This document shows positions 26,472 through 32,000 of a stretch of DNA of 32,000 nt, piece by piece. The translations under genes were made by a program, and so were the position numbers. The notes below the pieces were generated by a model, which had not been told where the DNA came from, did not search any database, and saw nothing but the letters and a program-made list of their open reading frames with translations. Each line of letters begins with the position of its first letter. Positions within the stretch are counted from its first letter, which is position 1. Source of the stretch: Promethearchaeota archaeon (GTDB lineage: Archaea > Asgardarchaeota > Heimdallarchaeia > Hodarchaeales > Hodarchaeaceae); NCBI GenBank assembly GCA_048938105.1, contig JBHLMN010000001.1:237374-269373 (forward strand), read 5' to 3'.

Positions 26472-26882
26472 CTAGTATAGTATCACATTCTGGCCATCTG
26501 AATCATCTTCGGTTGGTGTCGCGGTTTTAATGCCAGACGAAAGAATTCGGATTAAGTCATTTCGAGTTAATAGAAAGATTCGAATTCTTTCCGCGAGAGA
26601 TCGTGCTGGGTCGGAAAAGAGATTTGTGACAATGAGCATTTTTGAAAGAAGGCGATTGTTTTTCATGATCTTTTCGGCACGAATAATGATATCTACGCCA
26701 ACAGCACGTTTCCAGTCTTTGATCATAACTCCAATACCCTCATTTTCATCACCATTTTGGATGATGAGGTCAACATTTTCATTCCGATAATTTTGTACGC
26801 CGTGGCTAACAATTAAACCACGTTGGCGACAGTACTCGAGCGTTAGCTCTTCTAATCCAAGTGAATCATAATTAATCTTCAT
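26472..26882 (-). CDS. Minimal Mrr-type restriction-endonuclease-fold (PD-(D/E)xK) protein
   Basis: NVDLIIQNGDENEGIGVMIKDWK gives a possible D...(D)xK motif with 17-residue spacing. It is followed by VGVDIIIRAEKIM...MLIVTNLFSDPARSLAERIRIFLLTRNDLIRIL, which mirrors the Mrr_cat C-terminal pattern (hhVTxxxFSxxAxxxAxxxxIxLIDgxxLxxL). I place the start at ATG 26882 because GAGGGG lies 7 nt upstream; the track ORF starts at 26933. Confidence 0.6.
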   Translation of the reverse strand: MKINYDSLGLEELTLEYCRQRGLIVSHGVQNYRNENVDLIIQNGDENEGIGVMIKDWKRAVGVDIIIRAEKIMKNNRLLSKMLIVTNLFSDPARSLAERIRIFLLTRNDLIRILSSGIKTATPTEDDSDGQNVILY

Positions 26883-27963
26883 GGTAAATCCCCTCTGGGG
26901 TGATTCGAGCATCCTTAGTAATGGATGATTCAAACGCCAGATGCTCTAAAATGCCAAAGATCGCTCTATTAGGGCGATAGGCTTTCTCACGTTTATCTCG
27001 ATCTGTTGATTGCTCATAGATCAAATTAGAATTTAATAAATCAGCTAAATGATGACTAATTGTACTTTTAGTCTTATTCATCATGTAAGTAAGCTCTTTA
27101 TGAATGATATATTCACGTCTATCAAGTTCGTTCTGAACCTGAACCTCTCGAACAAGTATTTCGCGGAGAATAGAAATCTTACTTCGTGGAAAACTGCTTA
27201 AAACTTTGGGGTTAATTCCAAAGGTAAAACGCAAACCGTCTGATCCCAGATAGAAATGCTCTTTCAGAATTTGAATAGCAACACCAGGATTACCTAAAGC
27301 AAGGGAAGCAATATTCGAAATGGTTGTATCAGTAATATGGGAAGAATCTTGCTTTGTGGCACAGACATTTAAACGTCGTTGAAGAAGATGCTCAATTTCA
27401 GTCCTGGTAAGGGAAGGCATAACCAAAAAGTGACGATATGAGATGTCACCAGTCGGAATACACAGGCGACGATAGATTTCAAATTCAGTGCTATCCATGA
27501 TTGCAATGATTTTAGGGGAGGGAGAGGAAGAAGACGAATTCAAACTTAATAGGGTCTTATGTAAACGAAAAGCATTATCAAGAAAGAGGATATCGTCAGA
27601 TTGCACATTAGTGTTGAAAAGGTGTGAAGCATCCTGATAAATAGTGTTTAATTTATGATAATGTCGAAATTCTTCAAAAATGCGGGCAAAGATTGTTTTA
27701 CCAGACCCTCGAGGGCCTTTGAGGAAGAGAATGTCAGAAGGAGAGTCTTGAATAAATTCGATAATCTTGATAATGAGGGATTTGAATTGCGGATTTGTCT
27801 CGCCATAAAACGCCATAGGTTGGTGGAGAGGGAGGAGAGGATCACAGGGATCACACTGATAACCTAATTGCACTAGCTGCTTCCGTTGTTTTCGTTGGAT
27901 TAAGTCAGACATGGCTGATTCAAATAGGGTGCCCGGGGGAAGATCATCACGGTCATGACTCAT
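26872..27963 (-). CDS. P-loop NTPase (Orc1/Cdc6- or Arch_ATPase-like) with C-terminal ArsR-type winged helix, paralogue 2
   Basis: Walker A FLKGPRGSGKTIFA; Walker-B-like DDILFLDNA with no catalytic Glu; C-terminal HTH ELTYMMNKTKSTISHHLADLLNSNLIYE. AGGAGGG (27971-27977) lies 7 nt upstream of the ATG. ATGA overlap with the upstream gene. Confidence 0.7.
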   Translation of the reverse strand: MSHDRDDLPPGTLFESAMSDLIQRKQRKQLVQLGYQCDPCDPLLPLHQPMAFYGETNPQFKSLIIKIIEFIQDSPSDILFLKGPRGSGKTIFARIFEEFRHYHKLNTIYQDASHLFNTNVQSDDILFLDNAFRLHKTLLSLNSSSSSPSPKIIAIMDSTEFEIYRRLCIPTGDISYRHFLVMPSLTRTEIEHLLQRRLNVCATKQDSSHITDTTISNIASLALGNPGVAIQILKEHFYLGSDGLRFTFGINPKVLSSFPRSKISILREILVREVQVQNELDRREYIIHKELTYMMNKTKSTISHHLADLLNSNLIYEQSTDRDKREKAYRPNRAIFGILEHLAFESSITKDARITPEGIYHED

Positions 27964-29396
27964 GGGGACTCCCTCCTAGCAACAAGAATGGTGGATAGCT
28001 TGATATCATATTTCTTGGGTTTGAGGCGATGGAAGACAGTGATAATTTCCAAGGCGCTAGCGATGTGGGAATCCCAATCAATACAAATTATCTTTGAACG
28101 AGCGTCAACCACATCGTCGATCGCTGATAAGATAGGAACGGGTAAAGAGGATGTTAGAGGTTTGAGATGGTAATTCATGGTAGACAGATTAACACCCAAT
28201 GCATTTGCAAGAGAAGTGCTACGTAAACCATCCACACCCGTGTTTGGGAAGAAGTAGCGTTCCCGAAGTTGATGATTAAGGAGTAAAAAAATAATCTCTC
28301 GCCGTTTCGCTGTAAGAAGACTTGCTATTTCCTCGTCAGCATTATTGTCTATAGATTCAACTAAACGAACAACTAAATCATAACCTAACCGCTGTATTAA
28401 GGGTTTGATTGTATCTATTGTTGCTTTATCAAGGTCTTGTAAGATTAATTCGTGCAAACAAAACGAAGCAAATTGTAATGCGAGTAATGGGATCCCTAAA
28501 CTGTGATCTGCAATTAATTCGATGATTTCTTGTGAAAAAAAGTTGGTAGGGAGGCGAGCAACTTTGATACGCTGAGATAATAGTTTCATTATTTCGTATT
28601 TGGAAAATACTGGGAAAAAGAAGTGGCGAGGATGAAAAAAGGTAAGAAAAGATCGAGAGAGTTCAAGATATTCATCCTCCAAAAGAACAGTCAAGGTCAA
28701 ACTATTTACAAAACCAATAACAATGACACCATGCTGCGCTTGAGTTTCAATTTCAGTAATAAACTCCCTAATACGGGGAATCGCAGCTGTACCAGTGATA
28801 GTATAATCTAAGTTGTTAATGAAAATGATGAGAGGCTTCTCAACAAGTTGAATTCGATTGAGAAAATCTTCATATGTTTCTAAGACTTTAGTAGAGGAAC
28901 TGAAAGGCTCTAATATCTCACGAGGTTCACGCCAATCAGATAAATCGGTATATAAAGTGTCATAATCTTGAAAACCAATGTGATCCCATTCACGGTCGAA
29001 ATGACGGGCTAAAGAAGATTTACCACAGCCTCGCAAACCATGAGCCAGAAGATGTCGAAACGGGGACTGAGAATCTTCAAATAAACGAATCGCATTCCCA
29101 ATACGAATGGCAAAGTCGTATAGAACATCCTCGCGCTCAATTAGAAAGTCAGGATTATGGGGATCAATATCAGGGCTGAAAGGGTCTTGGGTGAGACCAA
29201 AACGTTCAAACGCGGATTCTTTAACAAGCTTGCCAGAACGGCCAGCTTTTAAGGCCTCACGAAGCCGGTCAGCCAACTTAGTCACGAGATACAGACACCT
29301 ACGCAAGCGATGATTCGCGAGAATCGAGCTTATAAAGTCGAGAAGATTGGAATGAAATGAGGAAATAATGGTGAACGAGGAGGAAAGGGCAGTCAC
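27960..29396 (-). CDS. P-loop NTPase (Orc1/Cdc6- or Arch_ATPase-like) with C-terminal ArsR-type winged helix, paralogue 1
   Basis: The lead-in FGLTQDPFSPDIDPHNPDFLIEREDVL is Cdc6/Arch_ATPase-like. Walker A is LAHGLRGCGKSSLA; the Walker-B-like strand is KPLIIFINNLD; the C-terminal HTH is LRSTSLANALGVNLSTMNYHLKPL. The track start 29396 is a GTG with no SD. GTG 29285 (MTKLADRLREAL...) has AGGTG 10 nt upstream and a TATA-like box at 29329-29337, so it may be the true start. Confidence 0.7.
   Translation of the reverse strand: MTALSSSFTIISSFHSNLLDFISSILANHRLRRCLYLVTKLADRLREALKAGRSGKLVKESAFERFGLTQDPFSPDIDPHNPDFLIEREDVLYDFAIRIGNAIRLFEDSQSPFRHLLAHGLRGCGKSSLARHFDREWDHIGFQDYDTLYTDLSDWREPREILEPFSSSTKVLETYEDFLNRIQLVEKPLIIFINNLDYTITGTAAIPRIREFITEIETQAQHGVIVIGFVNSLTLTVLLEDEYLELSRSFLTFFHPRHFFFPVFSKYEIMKLLSQRIKVARLPTNFFSQEIIELIADHSLGIPLLALQFASFCLHELILQDLDKATIDTIKPLIQRLGYDLVVRLVESIDNNADEEIASLLTAKRREIIFLLLNHQLRERYFFPNTGVDGLRSTSLANALGVNLSTMNYHLKPLTSSLPVPILSAIDDVVDARSKIICIDWDSHIASALEIITVFHRLKPKKYDIKLSTILVARRESP
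29329..29337 (-). promoter_or_regulatory. Candidate TATA box (CTTTATAAG on the minus strand) for the NTPase/nuclease operon
   Basis: It lies about 45 nt upstream of the alternative GTG 29285 and about 30 nt upstream of the AGGTG SD-like motif (29296-29300). It is only meaningful if 29285 is the real start. Confidence 0.3.
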
Positions 29397-29610
29397 TCAC
29401 ACAGGAGAGGGCAGGAGGAGTGAAGAGGGGCACGAGATAAGCTCGCCCGCATCTTTTCGAACTAATCGAACCATTCCTTATAAACCTAACTCTAGGCGCT
29501 TCTTTATAAATAAAATTCATTCCCTTAGATACAAAGTAACTATTAGGTCTCGTTTTATAACTTAATATTAATTACGATATCATTACAAAGTCATCATTAT
29601 CGAACTAACT

Positions 29611-30870
29611 TCATCGATACTTATATCGTTCTTTGGTAAAGTCTACGGGTAGCTCCCCTGTCTCCAGATACCTTCTGAGTGCCTCGCGTTTCCAGTTAAA
29701 CTCTGTGATGGTCTTCTGGCGAACCGTCTCGCTCGCCAAGTATGCCTGTATTTCCGCCCGTAACTCCTGATAAAGATTCTCTGCCAGTGCCTGTGCTTTT
29801 TCGAAGAATGCTTCGTCCGCTGTCGTCCCTAGCGTTTCTTCAGTGTCATCAATCCTATGATCCTTAAATGCTTCATGAATGTGGAACACTCCTGCTTCTG
29901 TCTTCCCCCATTCTTTTATTTCATGCTCTATCTCCATTTTCAACCCCAAACTCCTTATTGTATCCTTGAGGATCACTTCCAGCATCTCCACTTCCTCGGT
30001 GATATCCGCGAGTTCTTCTACCTCAGGGAAGTTCTCTTCCACCTTGAACAGTCGCGCCATCTTCTTGAACAGGAGCTTTTGCATCTCGAACTGAATGCGT
30101 GGGATCATCTCCAGCACCCTCGCGTGGAACTTGTTGCTGTACTCTTCTGGTCTTAAGTCCCCGAACTCTTCCTCCAGTTCTACCCTGTATTTGTCATAGT
30201 TGAACACTGTTTCAAATCCCTCACGGTTCTTTAAGTCCGAATAAACATCTTTTTTCAGCATAGGCCACATCATCTTCTCGGGGTAACCTTTTATCATCTT
30301 CTCAGTATAAATAAATGCGTTATACTGACCCATCAGGTACCCAATCTGATCTGCCAAGTCAGTTGCGTCTAACTCTGCCTCTGTTTTCGGATAGTATGGG
30401 TAATTCTTATCGATACCCTTCCAGTGATACAGAAATTGGTTATCTGGCATCCCCCCTTCCGTTTTTTCGTGATTTTCAAGTGTTTCTGAATGTGGTGGGA
30501 ACACCAACTTGATTCCTTTTAGCCGTGCACTTACTTCTTCTTCCTTTAATATGTAGATCTTGTTGCAATGTCGTTCACAGTGAAAGATCATATAACCTTC
30601 ATCTGTGGTTTTTAGTTTCCCTGTTACGGCAAAAGCGTCCGTTTTTTCGTTACACCCTGGACAAGTAACGTTAGTGATCTCAGCTACATAAGTGGTTGAC
30701 ACTGTCAGCCCATCTATCGTAATAAAAGCGGGTCGTGATCTATACTGATGCATTCCCTTAAGCAGCCCCTCTGATATTTTTTTAAAAGACGGTTTTGCCA
30801 CCAGATCTCTAAGTGACACCTCAGGTACAATTGTTCTCACATTATTCTCTCCTTTATTTGACCACACCAT
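29611..30870 (-). CDS. Hypothetical protein with N-terminal zinc-ribbon-like CxxC-x24-CxxxC and an acidic helical C-terminal half
   Basis: 419-aa ORF covering almost the entire ~50% G+C block. The cysteine motif is CPGCNEKTD...MIFHCERHC. I recognise no family. Three plus-strand ORFs on the opposite strand (29857-30156, 29879-30094, 30315-30512) are shadows. Confidence 0.6.
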   Translation of the reverse strand: MVWSNKGENNVRTIVPEVSLRDLVAKPSFKKISEGLLKGMHQYRSRPAFITIDGLTVSTTYVAEITNVTCPGCNEKTDAFAVTGKLKTTDEGYMIFHCERHCNKIYILKEEEVSARLKGIKLVFPPHSETLENHEKTEGGMPDNQFLYHWKGIDKNYPYYPKTEAELDATDLADQIGYLMGQYNAFIYTEKMIKGYPEKMMWPMLKKDVYSDLKNREGFETVFNYDKYRVELEEEFGDLRPEEYSNKFHARVLEMIPRIQFEMQKLLFKKMARLFKVEENFPEVEELADITEEVEMLEVILKDTIRSLGLKMEIEHEIKEWGKTEAGVFHIHEAFKDHRIDDTEETLGTTADEAFFEKAQALAENLYQELRAEIQAYLASETVRQKTITEFNWKREALRRYLETGELPVDFTKERYKYR

Positions 30871-30897
30871 CTCTTATACTTTATAATTCCAATTTTT

Positions 30898-30905
30898 CTT
30901 TATAA
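30898..30905 (-). promoter_or_regulatory. Candidate TATA box (TTATAAAG, duplicated at 30879-30886) upstream of the 419-aa gene
   Basis: On the minus strand the sequence reads cTTATAAAGaaaaattggaaTTATAAAGtataagagATG. The distal copy ends 27 nt upstream of the ATG, consistent with a leaderless or short-leader archaeal transcript. Confidence 0.35.
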
Positions 30906-30954
30906 GACTATACCCGAGAACTCCGAAAGTGCTGAAAGTGATCAGCATTTATGT

Positions 30955-31113
30955 CTAAGATAGTAGCCCCCGTCCCACGCGCTCGCTGTAATCTTCCCCG
31001 TACCACTCGAACTTTGCGAAGTCGTATGGTAGCTGTCGTTGAATGAACCACATGACCACAATCCGCCCTACTGTCCCATCTATGTCGTAGATCCAGTCGT
31101 ACACTACTACCAT
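30955..31113 (-). CDS. Unannotated 52-codon ORF in the G+C-rich cassette (hypothetical)
   Basis: My own translation: MVVVYDWIYDIDGTVGRIVVMWFIQRQLPYDFAKFEWYGEDYSERVGRGLLS. It is below the 60-aa cutoff of the ORF track. It shares strand and G+C-rich composition with the 419-aa gene 84 nt downstream. No SD was seen. Confidence 0.3.
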   Translation of the reverse strand: MVVVYDWIYDIDGTVGRIVVMWFIQRQLPYDFAKFEWYGEDYSERVGRGLLS

Positions 31114-31364
31114 CTGTCTTAAAGCCGTGCGCGATACCTTACCTGAGTACTCTTCCTACCCCTTACCTCGACTCCCTCGTAAGACCCGAAAGGTGCTTAC
31201 CAACAAATTGTGGCAACTCGACCAAATCAAAGTCCATTTATAATAAAATGAAAGAAGGGGGTGAATGCAGTTTTTGATACTGTAGCACGGAGTGTCGTTA
31301 ACTTTATAAGTTATTGAGTTCATAAAACTCAAATTAAATCTATGAAAATCCAAGGAGGATTGGT

Positions 31365-32000
31365 TGGGTTTGACAAAATTAAATGTGAAATCGAATTTTA
31401 TTATAATGATAGTTCTTAGCTTATTTCTTGTAGGAAGTCTTAGAAGTCTCACCAACAATATTGAACTATTAGAGAAAGATCAAAGCGATCTCCAGGAACA
31501 ATACTTAGAGGCACTCCAAGATTCAGGGAACAACCCTGATATAAACGAGGATAGCAGAGGGAAAATCGAGGGAATCACTAGTTATGAGGAGCATGCTCCT
31601 ATATCTATTACTAGCAATACTGATTTCAATAATACTGCTGATGCTGAAGGATGGCCTGGGAATGGCTCTGTTGTCAACCCGTATATTATACAGGGACTCA
31701 ATATCACGGGTCAATCAGGGGATAGCTTGATTTTTATAGAATTCACAAATGTCTATTTTCAGATAAATAACTGTCTTTTAGCGGGTGGTGATTATGGATT
31801 ATTCCTGTCTAGTATTAGTAATGGTTTGATATCCAATAACACCATTGTTTCCAACACTTGTGGATGTTGGCTTGAAAGTTCCCAGAACACCATTTTTTTC
31901 AATAATTCTTTCTCTGACAACCAATATGGAGTTTATCTTATGTCCTCCTCAAATAATAATCTTCTAAATAATTCTTTCTCCAGTAACTTCAAAAGTGGAG
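31365..32000 (+). CDS. Secreted/surface protein with right-handed parallel beta-helix (PbH1/NosD-like) repeats, C-terminus beyond the window
   Basis: Absent from the ORF track because it runs off the window. My translation reads ...KSNFIIMIVLSLFLVGSLRSL (signal/anchor), then ...WPGNGSVVNPYIIQGLNITG..., then repeated LISNNTIVSN / FFNNSFSDNQYG / LLNNSFSSN units. GGAGG (31354-31358) precedes TTG 31365. Alternative starts are 31371, 31386 and 31407. Confidence 0.6.

Larger units (their letters stand above)
29611..31230. other. Compositionally foreign block (~50% G+C versus ~30% background)
   Basis: Hand counts of G+C per 60 nt inside the block: 29641-29700 = 32, 30001-30060 = 31, 31141-31200 = 32. 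Outside it: 14521-14580 = 17, 8581-8640 = 21, 31201-31260 = 21. An AT-rich spacer lies at 29521-29610. Confidence 0.7.

Noticed and set aside
26461-26495. Imperfect inverted repeat GGCCGAAT ... ATTC(T)GGCC spanning the nuclease stop codon, considered as a possible terminator. A similar hairpin GTAAGACCCGAAAGGTGCTTAC lies at 31179-31200.
   Set aside because: No oligo-T tract follows on the transcribed strand, and archaeal termination relies mainly on T-runs. The stems are short or bulged and the loop is 18 nt, so I did not call terminators.
26530-29565. Plus-strand and off-frame ORFs inside the NTPase/nuclease operon: 26530-26790, 27648-27854, 27655-27867, 27955-28173, 28623-28811, 29107-29313, 29299-29520 and 29368-29565.
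   Set aside because: They are shadows of the three long minus-strand genes, which carry Walker A, wHTH and nuclease motifs. None has a recognisable motif or an SD.
29457-29608. Three copies of TCGAAC (TCGAACTAATCGAAC at 29457-29471 and TCGAACTAA at 29600-29608) in the spacer between the G+C-rich cassette and the NTPase operon.
   Set aside because: The repeats are only 6-9 nt long and few in number, so chance cannot be excluded without statistics. I could not tie them to a promoter or an att site.
30419-30427. TTCCAGTGA, which resembles the core of archaeal ORB/mini-ORB origin boxes, near Orc1/Cdc6-like genes.
   Set aside because: It is a single partial copy inside the 419-aa coding sequence, with no repeated or inverted partners and no AT-rich unwinding element. 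Reading the two NTPases as the chromosomal Orc1/Cdc6 next to oriC is therefore unsupported, although a plasmid-type initiator role remains an alternative in the main finding.
31156-31714. Minus-strand ORFs 31156-31458 and 31523-31714. Also 21094-21288 (-), and the plus-strand ORFs 29857-30156, 29879-30094 and 30315-30512.
   Set aside because: 31156-31714 overlaps the plus-strand beta-helix repeat gene, which has a signal peptide, an SD and repeat structure. The others are antisense to the 111-aa and 419-aa genes and have implausible sequences.
1-32000. A search of the whole window for CRISPR arrays, rRNA and tRNA genes.
   Set aside because: I saw no regularly spaced direct repeats of 24-40 bp, no G+C-rich 70-90 nt cloverleaf candidates in intergenic DNA, and no rRNA-like conserved strings. 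This was an eye-scan only; tRNAscan-SE, Infernal and a CRISPR finder should confirm it.

Overview
AT-rich archaeal chromosomal segment. Hand-counted 60-nt lines give about 28-35% G+C in ordinary coding DNA and about 17% in intergenic DNA. All functional calls come from reading motifs by eye in the supplied translations plus a few of my own; no database search was possible.

The region 1-23.8 kb is mostly housekeeping:
- a glycosylation cluster (edge-truncated GT2, UPF0104-type membrane protein, mannose-1-P guanylyltransferase)
- a CheY-like receiver
- coenzyme F420 biosynthesis in two blocks: cofG-cofH, and cofD followed by a Dus/NifR3-like flavoprotein and cofC
- the primase pair PriL/PriS
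- two SAM methyltransferases, pyroglutamyl peptidase, a lipoate-protein ligase homologue and a full-length Hef helicase/nuclease

Mobile DNA is interspersed in this part:
- an IS607-family element (serine recombinase TnpA plus TnpB) at about 10.1-12.2 kb
- a free-standing double-motif LAGLIDADG endonuclease gene, wedged between a 69-codon 5' fragment and a complete but diverged copy of the same polytopic membrane-protein gene (17.7-20.7 kb)

The region 24.2-31.3 kb looks accessory or lineage-specific:
- a tubby/YxjI-like protein coupled to an acidic polyproline protein
- a 750-bp ORF-poor gap
- a co-directional minus-strand array with elevated G+C

That array holds a sharply ~50% G+C cassette (52-codon ORF plus a 419-aa zinc-ribbon protein). 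It is followed by a translationally coupled trio of two divergent P-loop NTPase + winged-helix paralogues and a minimal Mrr-type PD-(D/E)xK nuclease. I rate this trio the best candidate for an undescribed system: either defence, or a replication/maintenance module of an integrated element.

The window ends in a truncated secreted beta-helix repeat protein. I found no rRNA, tRNA or CRISPR array. The lineage cannot be fixed from the sequence. F420 genes, full-length Hef, a eukaryote-like PriL and Shine-Dalgarno-led genes fit an uncultured AT-rich archaeon, possibly Asgard-like, but that is speculation.
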